From: the human T2T-CHM13v2.0 reference genome, Homo sapiens
DNA: 64,000 nucleotides
Assembly: GCF_009914755.1 (NCBI RefSeq)
Contig: NC_060932.1
Reading direction: 5' to 3' (one strand)
Shown here in pieces: positions 41,189-54,830 of the stretch. Numbering within the stretch: position 1 is the first letter of the stretch; the number at the start of each line of letters is the position of its first letter. The notes beneath the pieces were generated by a model. It saw only the letters and a list, made by a program, of their open reading frames with translations, searched no databases and was not told the DNA's origin. A program made the position numbers and the translations under genes.

Positions 41189-42384
41189 ATGGAGGAAGAC
41201 TCACTCTACTTGGGAGGTGAGTGGCAGTTCAACCACTTTTCAAAACTCACATCTTCTCAGCCAGATGCAGCTTTTCCTGAAATCCAGCGGACTTCTCTCC
41301 CTGAGAAGTCACCACTCTCATCGGAGACCCGTGTCGACCTCTGTGACGATTTGGCTCCTGTGACAAGACAGCTTGCTCCCAGGGAGAAGCTTCCTCCGAG
41401 TAGCAGGAGACCTGCTGCGGTGGGAGCTGGTCTCCAGAATATGGGAAATACCTGCCACTTGAATGCTTCCCTGCAGTGCCTGACATACACACCGCCCCTT
41501 GCCAACTACATGCTGTCCTGGGAGCTCTCTCAAATGTGTCATCGTCCCAAGTGCTGCATGCTCTGTATTATGGAAGCTCACAGCACACGGGCACCTCCAC
41601 CGTCCTGGCCATGTCATCCAGCCCTCACAGGCATTGGCTGCTGACTTCCATAGAGACAAGCAGGAAGATGCCCATGAATTTCTCATATTCACTGTGGATG
41701 CCATTAGAAAGGCATGCCTTCCCGGGCACAAGCAGCTAGATCATCACTGCAAGGACACCATCCTCATCCACCAAATATTTGGAGGGTACTAGAGATCTCA
41801 AATCAAGTGTCTCTACTTCCACGGCATTTCAGACACCTTCGACCCTTACCTGGATATCGCCCTGGATATCCAGGCAGCTCAGAGTGTCAAGCAAGCTTAG
41901 GAACAGTTGGTGAAGCCCGAAGAACTCAATGGAGAGAATGCCTATCATTGTGGTCTTTGTCTCCAGAAGGCGCCTGCCGCCAAGACGTTAACTTTACCCA
42001 CTTCTGCCAAGGTCCTCATCCTTGTCTTGAAGAGATTCTCCGATGTCACAGGCAACAAACTTGCCAAGAATCTGCAATATCCTGAGTGCGTTGACATGCA
42101 GCCATACATGTCTCAGCAGAACACAGGACCTCTTTTCTATGTCCTCTATGCTGTTCTCGTCGTCACCGGGTGGAGTTGTCACAACGGACATTACTTCTCT
42201 TGTGTCAAACTCAAGAAGGCCAGTGGTATAAAATGGATGATGCCGAGGTCACTGCCTCTGGTATCACTTCTCCTTAGAGTCAACAGGCCTATGTCCTCTT
42301 TTACATCCAGAAGAATGAATTTGGAAGACCCAGTTACAGGGTGTCCGCAGGCAGAGAACCAAGAGCTCTTTGTGCTGAAGACAA
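41189..42384 (+). pseudogene. USP17-like pseudogene (third unit), frameshifted and 3'-truncated
   Basis: Keeps GNTC, but has a +1 insertion ~41593, TAG at 41790 and 41898, a 1-bp deletion ~42210, and homology ends after gctgaagaca ~42384. Confidence 0.93.
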
Positions 42385-43319
42385 TTGAATTGTGGTGAAA
42401 TAATATGTCATGAATAAATCTTGCAGCAGATTTATTTGTCTCACTTTGTAATCAGTGAATGAGCTTTAACGAATATCAATGCCTAGTGCCTACCCCCCAG
42501 AGATAAGAACTTCCAGTTTCTCATGTGTAATCATGGCATCTGGATTGCTCATGATTCTGAAGATAATTCTCCTGTCCCCCAAAGTTTCAGAATCACTTCA
42601 GGTGGTAGAAACAGATAACACATCAGTCCCTTTCTCTCTCTTTTCTCTTCACTCAGGAAAACTCTCACTGGATCAAGGAAAATCCTATGGTTTACTAGGG
42701 AGGAGTAGTTTTCTCAGCAGTGAAAATGGTGGCTCCTTCCTCCCTGTCAAGTCTCTTCCTCAGGATTGCCCCTTTATCTCTTCAGGACTCTGCTCATCAG
42801 GCCCGAGATGCCCCCTGGTTGCGCATACTTGGCCTATGAAGAAATATGGGGAAGGAATGGTTCCAAAGACCATACTATGCTCACTCCACCATCGCCTCTG
42901 ACACTATGCTGACTTCATGAGCCCTGGGTCAGAAGCTGTTTTCTTTACACCTCTAGGCCTTGCCTCATGGCCTAAAGACGTCCCCATTTCTTACATCTTA
43001 TAAATTTTGACAAAACCCTCAGGGCCTAAATCTTCATTCCTCATAGGCCAAAGGGAGATACACCAGAATTCTGTCCCTCTGAGACTGCAGGACATCTCAG
43101 CTTCCATCAACATGAAATTTTGCACCAAATATAGTTACTGCAGTTCCACCTCACAATGAGTAACTGGAAGTTCAGAAAACATCTCAGACTCTATACAGTT
43201 TCTGGCCAAGCTCATTTGGTTTAACAATGCTTTTACTCTATAAATCAGTTGTGAGAACACTTAGGATTCATATTATTTAGTATTTTAATCAGTCTGTTAT
43301 TATTTTCAATGTGTTTACT

Positions 43320-45835
43320 AGACTTTAGTTTAATATTTCTGATAAACTTTGATGCAAAAATTCTCGATATAATAGTGGCAAACCAAATCCAGCAACATAT
43401 CAAAAACCTTATCCAGCAAGATCAAGTCAGCTTCTTCCCTTTGGTGCAAGGCTGGTTCAACAAACACAAATCAATAAATATAATTCACCATGTAAACCGA
43501 ACTAAAGACAAAAACCCCATGATTATTTTAGTAGACTCAGAAAAGATCTTTGATAAAATTCAACATTCCTTTATGTTAAAAACCTCAGGAAACTAGGTAT
43601 TGATGGAACATATCTCAAAATAATAAGAGTCATTTTTGACAAACCCACAGCCAATATCATATTGAATAGGCAAAAGCTGGAAGCATTCCTTTTGAAATTC
43701 GGCACAAGGCAAGGATGCCCTCTCTCACCACTCCTACTCCATATAGTACTGGAAGTTCTGGCCGAGGCAATCAGCCAAGAGAAAGAAATAAAGCATATTC
43801 AAATAGTAAAAGAGAAGTTGAACTGTCTCTTTGTTTGCAGATGACATGATCCTATATCTATAAAATCCCATCATCTCAGCCCAAAAGATTCTTACGCTTA
43901 TGAGCCACTGCAGTAAAGTCTCAAGATACAAAATCAGTGTGCAAAAATCGCAAGCATTCTTATACACCAACAATAGACAAGAAGAGAGCCAAATCACAAA
44001 TAAGTTCCCATTTACAGTTGCTGCAGAGTATAAAATACCTAGGAATACAGCTAACAAGGCAAGTGAAGGACCTCTTCAAGGAGAACTACAAACCACTACT
44101 CAAGGAAATAAGAGAGGACACAAACAAATGGAAAAACATTCCATGCTCACGGGTAAGAAGAATCAATATCATGAAAATGCCATACTTCCCAAAGTAATTC
44201 ATAGATTCAATGCTATTCCCATAAAGTACCATGGACATTCTTTACAAAATTAGAAAAAACTACCTCAAAATTCATATGGAATGAAAAAAGAGCCCATATA
44301 CCCAGGACAATCCTAAGGTAAAATAACAAAGTTAGAGGCATCATGCTACCTAACTTCAAACTATATTACAAGGCTACAGTAACCCAACAGCATGGTAGTG
44401 GTACAAAACAGACACATAGACCAATGGAATGGAATAGATATATCAGAAATAAGACTGCACATCTACAACCATTTTATTTTTGATGAAAACAAGCAATGGG
44501 GAAAGGATTCCCTATTTAATAATAAATGGTGCTTGAAAAACTGGCTAGACATAGGCAGAAAACTGAAACTGTACCCCTTCCTTATACCTTATACAAAAAT
44601 GAACTGAAAATGGATTAAAGACTTAAATGTAAAACCCAAAACTGTAAAAAATCCAACCCCATATAAAAGTGGGCAAAAGCTGGGTACAGTGGCTCATGCC
44701 TGTAATCCCAGCAGTTTGGGAGGGTGAAGTGGGCAGATAACTTGAGGCCAGGAATTCAAGATCAGCCTGGCCAAGCTGGTGAAACCACGTCTCTACTGAA
44801 AATACAATAAATTAGCCGGATGTAGTGGTGCAGACCTGTAATCCCAACTACTCAAGAGCCTGAGAGAGAAGAATCGCCTGAATCTGGGAGGCAGAAGTTG
44901 CAGTGACCCGAGATTGTGCCACTGAACTCCACCCTGAGTGACACAGCAAGACTCTGTCTTAAAAAATAAAAATGTAAAAATTTCAAAAGTGGGCAGAGGA
45001 CATGAACAGACACTTCTCAAAAGAAGACATTTATGCAGCCAACAAACATGAAAAAAAAGCCCAACATTACTGATCATTAGAGAAATACAAATCAAAACCG
45101 CAGTGAGATACCATCTCATGCCAGTCAGAATGGTGATTATTAAAAAGTCAAAAAACAACAGATGCTGGTGAGACTGTGGGGAAATAGGAGAACTTTTACA
45201 CTGTTGGTGCGAATGTAAGTTAGTTCAACCACTGTGGAAGACTGTGGTGATTTTTCAAAGACCTAGAATCAGAAATACCATTTGACCCAGCAATCCCATT
45301 ACTGCATATATACTCAAAGGAATATAAATTCTTGTATTATAAAGATACATGCATGGGTATGTTCATTGCAGCACTATTCATGAAAGCAAAGACATAGAAT
45401 CAACCCAAATGCCCATCAATGATAGACTGGATACAGAAACTGTGATACATATACACCATGGAATACTATGCAGCCATAAAAAGGAATGAGATCATGTCCT
45501 TTGCAGGGACATGGATGAAGCTGGAAGTCATTATTCTCAGCAAACTAATGCAGGAACAGAAAACCAAATACACATGTTCTCACTTAATAAGTGGGAGATG
45601 AAAAATGAGAGAACATAGACACAGGGAGGGGAACAACACACACTGGAGCCTGTCTGTGGGTGAGTGGGGAGGGAGTGCATCAGGATGAATAGCTAATGCA
45701 TGTGGGCTGAATACCTAGGTGATGGGTTGATAGGTACAGGAAACCACCATGGCACACATTTACCTATGTAACAAACCTGCGCATCATGCACATGTATCCC
45801 AGAACTTAAAATGAAATAAAATAAAATTTTAAAAA
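43320..45835 (+). mobile_element. 5'-truncated L1PA (older subfamily) with an internal deletion and a nested Alu
   Basis: ORF-track peptides [36 protein letters not shown]; L1PA 3' UTR and A-tail. Confidence 0.95.
44679..44980 (+). mobile_element. Alu nested in the L1
   Basis: gctgggtacagtggctcatgcctgtaatcccagc..; TSD aaaagtgggca on both sides. Confidence 0.93.
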
Positions 45836-45899
45836 ACTTTATTTTTTCTAACCTTCCAAAATGCAGGGATTACAGGCATAAGCCACCATGCCTGGCCCT

Positions 45900-47068
45900 G
45901 TTTTAACATATCTGAACAAGATTTAAGACATCAGTTTGAAAAGAGCCCCTCTATGGCAGCAACATGAATTCTGTCAAACCTGAAGCAAGAACAAACATCA
46001 AATTTACGGTGAAGCTGGGGTACAAAAAATGGTGAAATAAATTATTCTTTAAGAAAAGTCTATGGGAAAAATGACCTGAAGAATCAGTCATTTACAAACG
46101 GATACCTTATTCTAAGAAGCGATAATACAATGTTGAAGATGAAGTCAACAGAGGAGGGACATCCATACCAATTTTTGAGAAAAAAAAAATCGTTTCTATG
46201 CCTTCATTGAGGAGGATTGACAATTAACAAGAGATACTGTAGCCAACATCACAGACATCTCAATTGGTTCAGCTTACACAATACTGACTATAACGTGAAA
46301 GTTGAGAAACTTTACATTTGATGAGTCCCAAATACCCTTGTGCCTAGATCAGCAGTGGACAAAAGCAGAGCTATTAGTAACTATTTTGAGCAAGCGGAAT
46401 CAAGATCCTGAAGCATTATTTTGAAGAATTTTAACAGGGAGTGAAACTGGCTTTATCAATAAGATCCTGAAGACAAAGCACAATTCAAGCCATGGCTACC
46501 AAGAGGTAGAAGTGGTCCAGTCAAAGCAAAAGCAAACTTCTCAAAAGCAAAAGCCATGGAGGTTTTGGGGATGCTCAAGGTATTTTGCTTGTTGACTTTC
46601 TGTAAGATCAAAGCACCACAACATCTGCTTACTAGGAGAGTTCTTAGAGAAAATTAGCAAATACTTTTGCAGAAAAGCGCCCTGTAAAGCTTCACTAGAG
46701 AGTCCCTCTGCACCACAACAACACTTCTGTTCCTTCCTCTCATCAAACATGGGTAATTTTGCAAGAGTTTTCATGGGAAATTATTAGGCATCAACATTAC
46801 AGTCCTGATTTGGTTTCTTCTGACCTTTTTTTCCCTAACCTTAAAATAACTGTAAAGGGCACCCATTTTTCTTTAGTTAATAATAGAAGACTGCATTGAC
46901 ACGGTTAAATTCCCGTTACCCTCAGTTGTTTAGCAATGGACTGAATGGCTGGGATCATCCTTTAATGGAGTGTCTGGACCTCAGTAGAGCTTATATGGAG
47001 AAATAAAGTTTATATTTATATTTTTATTGTTAATTCCATTTTTCACTGACATTTTTAAATCCCTTCAC
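45900..47068 (+). mobile_element. HSMAR2 mariner DNA transposon fossil (degenerate transposase 45964-47006, 3' TIR remnant)
   Basis: Translates MNSVKPEARTNIKFTVKLG.., DISIGSAYTILT, DPEDKAQ..WLPRG..GPVKAKA, YSPDL.SSD, ..EK*, matching the Hsmar2 transposase; many stops and frameshifts. Confidence 0.9.
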
Positions 47069-50000
47069 AATTCACGTTTGTCTCAAAGGTATTTAAATTT
47101 AGAAATCATATCAAGTGTGAAATAAAAAAATTATATAGACAGAGGGAGAACAGAATCTATAAATATGCATGTTTGTGTACATACATCCATATACATACAT
47201 ATGTGTGTGCATGCAGTAATTTTATTGCCCTAAAGCAATGCCTCTGCCTTCCACCCTCACTGCACATGTCCTAGTCCTGTGATGTCCCTGGAACTGAGCA
47301 CCTGATTTCCTTCTCTGCCTCCCACATGAACAGGGAATAGAAATGGAAACCACGTTCTGTGGTTGCTGTTGTGAAAATCCATGTTCCCCACAGGCTGAGT
47401 TTAGCATCTTACATTCTAGTTCTCATTGTAAAAAAGCAAGCAACAAACAAAAACTACAAAAGAAAAAATGAAATAGTTGAAAGTCTAGAGCCACAGAGGT
47501 TCCGGATCCACCCACCGCCCACGGTGACCTCCACAGCCCTCCAGGCCTGAGGACAGCTATGCCTGAACAGCCTGCCTCTTCACCATCCACGCAGGAAAGT
47601 GACTTTAAACTTCAATAGCTATTACTCTGTTCCACAAGGAACCAGGTCAACATTCAAAGTCAGTGGTCTGACAACTCTAAGCTTTGGCCGGAAAGTATTG
47701 GAAACATTTAACGTGCAGTGGATGAAGCAGCCCGGCCCCACTGCACACAACACACTCACAGGGACTCAAAGGAAGAGACTCAGGATCCGCTGGGTGGAAG
47801 TGAGGACAGACCCAGAAACACAGAGGGTGGGAAGGGGTCAAACCAGGAAGGCTCAGGACCTGACCTCCTCCTAGGCCCTGCCTCTCTAGAACTCGCAGTT
47901 TTTTCTGACCTAGAAGCGGATTTCACTGATGGAAAAGAAGTTCAGTATTTCTGTTCCAGCCCAGTAAGCTGCTCCCATTGCCCAGCCTTCCACACCCCTG
48001 CAGACGTCACAATCCCTGCACCCACTAACCTGACAAGGGAGCTATGCATCACCTGGAGACAGTCCTAGGCCTGCACTCCTGTGATGGGGTCCAGGGTCTG
48101 TGTCCATTTCTGGTTAAAATTGCTGTAAGGCTGGTCGCTGTCTTGGCCTTCCCTGCTTCCTCTCTGTTCAATTCTCCCCTCCTCACCCCATGTGAAGCTT
48201 TTACTCAGGAGATGGATTCTCACCCCTCTTGGAACATCAAGGATAGTGCCAGGACACCGCACCATCCCCTTGACCCTGGGATTCTGTAGACCTCAGTCTT
48301 CTCCTGAGGTCCCCTCCCTCCCTACCTCATTTTTTCCATACTTCTGGGGCCTGGGCCTGCTACACCTCAGGGTTCCTCTTCACAGTCACAGAGTGAGGGA
48401 GCCCCCTTCATCCTTGGGCTCTGGCCACAGCTCACCTGCTGCAGGACACTCAGCAGCTTTCAGTAGTTCATCCAGACATCCAGTTGGAAGTGGGATTTCC
48501 TGGAAGGAAAGCAGGAACCCAGAATTACACTGAATTTTAACACCAGGGCCCAGGTTCCCCTTCTGCATGGGACACTAAGCTGCAAACACTACATAGGCAC
48601 TTAATGCTCAGCTGTCCTTCTAACATCTGGTCCAATTGTGTCCCTCCTCCTTGGAATATCTCAGAAAATATATCTTCACCTAGAGTTGTTTGAAAGCATC
48701 ATCCTATGTGATTCCAGACCATCAGGGGGTGCAATGGGTCCTCACCAGTATTTCCACTCTGCTTGGAAGACTTAGAAAATCCTGAAGCTGCTCAGAGGGT
48801 CAGATTCCCATCGCTGTGTTTCAGTAAAACTTCGGTCTTCCCTGGACAAGTGAGGAGACAGAAAATGTCTAGTCTCTGGCACATCTTTTGCAAGCAATGG
48901 CGGCTCCCAGGAATCAATACTATCAACGAATATATTTTTGAGATTCTGGTCAAAAGAAGAGTCATCCTGCAATTTCAGGTAGGATGGAGTGGTTCTGTGG
49001 CTCCTGAGGTGATTTTGAAAAGATCTTGACTCTCAGAAGGACCAAGGAGGACATTTCTGGCATTTCCAGACCAGGAAGAGTGACTGATGGACCTCCAGTG
49101 TTACTTGGAAAAATTTTGTTGGACAGCTTTGTAATAAGAGGATCTTGCTTTGGCTTTCAGGCCTTCACATAGGTTGTTTAGATCATGGAAGTGTTTCTGC
49201 ATTTCTGCATAGGCTCAGGATGCTTTCTCAAGTCGTCCCTGCAATTATGAGACAGTTGCTTTCTCCAGAGGTCACTTAGAATAATACAAGAGGCTTCACC
49301 CTCAAAGGGACACCAGACAATATAGCCACAGTCCAGCCAAGATTGTCTGTATTTACATACCTGTAAAGTAACACTCCTAGTGATCTCCATTAACTTGGAC
49401 ATCTTTCATGAATAGGGAAACTCTAGTGATTGTTATATAACAGCTGCCACAAAAATTAATCAATAAAAAGAAACGATATATGAAAAATAATTAATAATCA
49501 TGATAATGAACTCAATGACCTAAATAGTACGAATTTTAATACTGGAGACAATATAAATGTAAGGATACAAAAATTAATGTGGAGCTTCCCCTAAATATAT
49601 GAAAACTTCACAGACTGTGTCCTCCTTGTGTAATTTGGAGTCAGAGTCAAAGAATTTCTCTATGAAATGTGTTCCATGATGGCAAACATCAAAAACAGGA
49701 GGTGAAAGAAAAGCAAGCTGCAGGAGACCATGGGCTAATATGAACATTTGTGTGCAAACCTCTCTCATCAAGAACTACCAGCCAGAGGTGAAGGGACTGT
49801 GATTTGTGTCCTGCCCACCACTGGGCACACAAAAGCTTTCAGTAGTGCAACCAGATGGCTGGTTTGGCCTGGCTCCCTGCAAGGAAGACACGTCTCTGAT
49901 CCCCACCAGCCCATCAGTCCTGGAACTCAGAATCCTACATGCAGTAAACATGAAGCTCCAACTCCATAGCTGACTTTACCTCCTTACTGTCCTTCTGCCA

Positions 50001-51459
50001 TCTGGTGTTTCAGGTGCTCTCCAGATCTGGACTTCTTGGCTCCCCTACCTTTACCAAGTGAACTCAGGATGTATCATTCTCAGTCTTCTCCTGCCAGTCC
50101 AAAGTGAAACTCACCAATACAAGCATACCCTGGATGGGCTTTCTTGGAATATTTAGAAAACAATGAGCTTGCTCGGGGGTGGTGTGAGCTCTAGGAGTAG
50201 AGTTACAGTCTCCCATGGAAACCTGAGAGGACTTAGAATATTCCCAAAGGCCTAAGCAGTCCAATCTGTCCTGGAAACATCAGGAATGATATACTCAGTC
50301 TTCCTGAGGCTCCAAAATTTTTCCAAATAAACTCAGAGATTACAGAACCATTTTTCTCTTGGGAACTGAAGTGGAGTTATTTGCCTTCTGCCAGCATCTC
50401 ACTTTTTTTTTCTCTAAGTTAGCTTTTGAGCCCAGAAGTAGATATTCCTTGTATTTGATTTACATAGGGAGCTTCCTAGAATGCCCGTGCCTCTGGATAG
50501 TTTCTGCATTCACTCAGGTATTGACAAAATACTGCAGTTCTACTGAAAATCTCTGAGATGACCATTTGATCACCTGAGTAACTTTAGAATGTGTCTTCTA
50601 TGGAAGCCCTGGAGCCTCCCTTCTGGTATTTCATACACTGCCGGTACCAAGTATCCAGGGTGAAACCCTCCATCAGACATTGTTGGCAATTCCAGTATGG
50701 AGATGACACTAACGTGATGGGGCTCAAGAATCAGATGGTAGAAGAGCAGCTGGGAGGTGAAGTCTCAGTAGGCTAGGGGCTTAATGTTCGATGCACACCA
50801 GACTTCTGAGACTCAGGAGGCGTGTGTGGATCTGTCTGCCCAGTGTCTCTCATCTACAGCCTGGACCAGCTATTTCTTGGGGTGAACTACTGAAGGCTTT
50901 TGTACGACCTGTGTCAGGCAAGACTCTGGCCAGACCCTTTGCCATAGTCCATTTGTAATGTATTTCCACATGGCACAGGTATCTCCACTTTTGCCCATGC
51001 TCTCATGTGGCTCAGAATTATTCTCCCTACTGCCATTCTTCTTTGCCATCACAGAAGATATTTCAAGGTGTAGCCCTAAGCTTCTCCATCTAATCAATAA
51101 CATGAGGGTTCGTATGGGAACATTGTCACAGGCTTACAGGAATATGTTCTTAAATATCTGCTTTTCTATTACTCTCTTCATTAAATTGACATTTATATCA
51201 TCACCATTATGATTGTTATTAATGTTATTATTATATTGGTACAGTTCTTTATCATGGATATATTTGTGGTCGTTTTTATGCAATGTTGAATAATTGTTTT
51301 ATGTTCTTGAAGACTGTTGAATTTGCTGAAGATGATTAAAAGACAACCTTAAAACATAAATACCACAGCAACCCCAGGAATCCTACTGTACTGCTTGGTG
51401 TCCTGTAGAAGAATGGGCTGCCTGAATTATTCTTTTATTTTTCAGGCAAGTACCTATTC

Positions 51460-53097
51460 ATACCAGCATAGGAGACTGATGAAGTGCACCCTCATCTTGC
51501 CATGGGCTCAGAAAGAATTCGTACATATGCTTTATGTGATAGCAACTCTATGTGTAGGCCTGTGAGCCCTAGAATGCACTTTCTTTCACCAACTAGTCCA
51601 CCTAACAGTTTTCTAAGTCAAATCCCCTCTCCATGCTTGGATAGGTCATGAATGGCTTTCTGTTACCCACCTAAGATGAAGGGATATTGCTAAATCAGGT
51701 TTGTGGCCAAGAAACTTTTATCTGGAGTGGCAGGAGAGGGCCTACCTGTTCACCAGAGTGTCTGCAACATTTTCTTTTTTTTCCTTTTTATTTATTTATT
51801 TATTTATTTTTTGAGATAGAGTCTCGCTCCGTCACTCAGGCTGGAGTCCAGTGTCGCGATCTTGGCTCGCTGCAACCTCCGACTCCCAGGTTCAAGCGAT
51901 TCTCCTGCCTCAGCCTCCTGAGTAGCTGGGATTACAGGTGCGTGTCACCACGCCCAGCTAATTTTTGTATTTTCAGTAGAGAGGGGGTTTCACCATGTTA
52001 GTCAGACTGGTCTCAAACTCCTGACCTCATGATCCACCTGCGTTGGCCTCCCAAAGTTCTGGGATTACAGGCATAAGGCGCCGCACCTGGCCTCTGCAAC
52101 ATTTTCTAAGTCGGTATAGAAGCTCTTTGAACCACCTTTTCAGTCAAAGAACTCATGAAAAAGTCCTCCAAGAACTTGTGACCTTCTGGAAATTGTCAAA
52201 ATCTCTACAGGTGTCCAGAGTCATCTAGATCTGTATTGCAAGCCACTGACTGGGTTCCAACATTATTAAAGCAAATGCAAAATATGCCATGCCCACCAAA
52301 AAAAATCCAGAAGCCATGGTATTTAGCTGTTTCCATCTTTCTTGCCTCCTGCAGGTGGGAGAGTACTGAGTATCATGCCCTCCTACAGCCTCTGGAGGAC
52401 ATGCCAATGTCTAGAGGTACCAGTAGAGAGGGGCCATGAAAGACAGATGACAGCCAGGTTGCTGGGAATGACATTGTCCTGGGGCTTATTGCTTGTCATG
52501 AACTCTGCCACTGGGCAACATATGCAGGTGTGGACCCGTGCCTTCTCTGGATCCCTGCCCCATCAGCCAGCTGTCTTATCTCCTGAAAGCTGATAGGTGT
52601 TGGTCAGCATGGTGTTCCAGGACCAGGGTTATATTAACATTCTCTCTTAGGCTGAAACACCAGAAGTTAACACAGGAGTCCCCAGGTGTGCACATACTAA
52701 CCTCCAGATTGTTTTTCTTCTCGTTCTAGATGTTCATCCTTGCTTTTTGGGACTTGAAATAACCCTACACAGCCAAATATTTATGCCTATTATCCACTTA
52801 TGGAAAACTTATATGTCCCAAGTCCATAGGGTTAGTATTATTATCACTATTAAAACCATTAGTACTAGTATTATGATGATCATTATTCCTGTTAATATCC
52901 ATCAATATTTTTATTACTGCCATTGTTAATATGGATTTTTCATTATTGTACAGCAATGAATATAGTTTATCCATTCACAAATGGTGTTCAGTTACCAAAG
53001 ATGACTACAAGGCATGTTCTACAGACATATACACACACAGCTGTCCTGGAGACCCAGCTTTGCCACCAATTGCTCTTTCATAAGATGAGATCCCCCA
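51460..53097. repeat. Old duplicated module, copy B, interrupted by an Alu
   Basis: Collinear with 22555-23865. Confidence 0.85.
51775..52092 (-). mobile_element. Alu (AluS-like) with 15-bp TSD tctgcaacattttct
   Basis: Canonical Alu; the empty target site is visible in the paralog at ~22856. Confidence 0.95.
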
Positions 53098-53942
53098 GTA
53101 CCCACCAGTTTTTCAGGACTCGACCTGAGCTGGCTCAGCTAGACCTGGAAAAGTTTCCTATGCCCAAATGTACTTGGAAAAATTTTAAAGTCTCTTCAGA
53201 GGCCCAGTAATAGCTTTTGGCAGCTTCTAAGACCAGGGAGGGTTTCTTGGCCATTCAGAGCCATTCAAATATTCCAAGTAAACTCAAGGATCCAGAAACC
53301 CCACTCGCAGTCATGAAATACCAGTGAATGGCCTCTGTGAGTCTCTTCAAGGTTTTCAAAGATGACTGCCTGAGAAGGCTGGCCAGGAAGTCACCCAAGC
53401 CCAACCTTCTGCAGGACGTTCTATGACAGCCAGGGACCCAGGGAATTGCCATTGAACAGAAGGGAGGAACAGAGACGGCACGCCTGAGCTTCTGGAAACA
53501 TTCTAAGTGCCCTTGTTGGCCCAGAAAAGACTGGTGCTACCATATGAGGCACAGACTTGGCAACCCACCTACTCCAGGAACCACAGAAGGTTTAAAGGTT
53601 CCCAGGAAGTCCCAGGAAGGGCAGCCATAGCCCTTTAGAGCCATCAGATTTTATTCTAAGTCTACTTGGGAGACAGTGCTCTTAGCTTCATAAAAACACC
53701 AGTGGTGGTGCTAACACTTGCCCCAGTATCCAGTCTTTTCTACCTCATCTCAGAGCCAGGCAGCCACTATTTCCCAAAGCTGCTGTGCAATGAAAGGGGA
53801 ATATTCTAGGTGCTCTCCTGTGCCCACGAAATTCTGTGGCTGCGCTGAAAGGCAGGAGATGTCCTCCGGAATGCTCTTCAGAAATCTGACAACACTGGTC
53901 AAGATTAAAGAAGCTCAATTCAAAGTCATACAAAACCAATCC

Positions 53943-53946
<4 letters not shown>

Positions 53947-53994
<48 letters not shown>
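53947..53994. repeat. (TA)n microsatellite
   Basis: About 24 TA units read directly. Confidence 0.97.
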
Positions 53995-53998
<4 letters not shown>

Positions 53999-54215
53999 TA
54001 GTGAGACAAAATGATGAACACATCTGCTAATAATCATGAATGACAATAATAACAACAATGATGATCTTAGTGATAATGCCACCAACACTGTTAATGGCAA
54101 TAACAATAAACCTGAGGTAATGAGTGTTAGGGTCCCTATTCACCGATGTGAAGGATGGCGACAATTTCTGGCCTCACAGAAATAAAGGAAAAGTAAACAC
54201 CTGGAGGAGGAGGAG

Positions 54216-54830
54216 GTGAACCTGGAGCTCCCGCCGGCCTCTGGGCGCTCCTTGGTGGAAGGAGAGGGACTTGGTCCTGAGCCTGCCCCGGATCCACCTA
54301 CACCAGAACCCCGGAGTCCCAGTCCCTGGATGGGCTCAGTCCCACCCAGGCCAGACGCCCCGGAGCCCCGCAGCCCGGGTCCTCCAGCCCTCGCTGCCGC
54401 CGCTTCTCGCGGAGCCGGGGCCGCCCCCGCGCCACCTCAGCCTCTGCGTGGCTCTGGGAGGGCAGCGCCGGAGGATGCTCCGGGCCCAGCGGGGGCATCC
54501 GGGCCCAGCGGGGGTATCCAGCCTCAGGCTGATACTGACGCCCTGAGGGCGCGGAATAGGGCGGCCTGCGCAAGGCCCGCCGTCTCGGGCCTTGCAAAAA
54601 GAGCGGCCTCTCCAACGCCCCTACCGGAACCTCCCCGGAGGCCCCAGCCCCAAAGCCAGGGCGATGGCGCCTCCCTGACAATGGGTGAAGAAAACTCAGG
54701 TCCTCCCTGGAGACCCGGCCCGCCGCGGGAGGCAGACCGCGCATGCGCCCTGCATGGCCGGAAAGGTGGGTTTCATTGCCCTCTGCCGGCCATGAGGTGG
54801 CAGCACAGGACGTTTGGTCTTAGCGGTGGA
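54216..54830 (-). promoter_or_regulatory. CpG island promoter (probably FAM66D) with a perfect NRF1 palindrome GCGCATGCGC at 54739-54748
   Basis: Very high GC and CpG density relative to the rest of the window; GC boxes; NRF1 motif. Confidence 0.8.

Larger units (their letters stand above)
28145..43200 (+). repeat. RS447 (USP17) megasatellite mini-array: three gene-bearing units plus degenerate edge units
   Basis: ATG spacing 4731 and 4715 bp; repeated spacer, (CA)n, promoter and CDS; diverged spacer copies at 28145-29800 and 42535-43200. Confidence 0.95.
19314..54721 (-). ncRNA. FAM66D: FAM66-family lncRNA locus (probably FAM66D), antisense to the USP17 array and DEFB109 exon 2
   Basis: Limits inferred from recalled gene order (ZNF705D-FAM66D-USP17L7-USP17L2). 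Supported by a CpG island at the predicted 5' end, a minus-strand AATAAA at 19324-19329 and minus-strand gtaag donors at ~24485 and ~24800. Exon structure cannot be derived from sequence alone. Confidence 0.5.

Noticed and set aside
28145-43200. CRISPR-like or prokaryotic mobile/defence system
   Set aside because: Repeats are kb-scale eukaryotic tandem units in Alu/L1-rich primate DNA; there is no repeat-spacer structure
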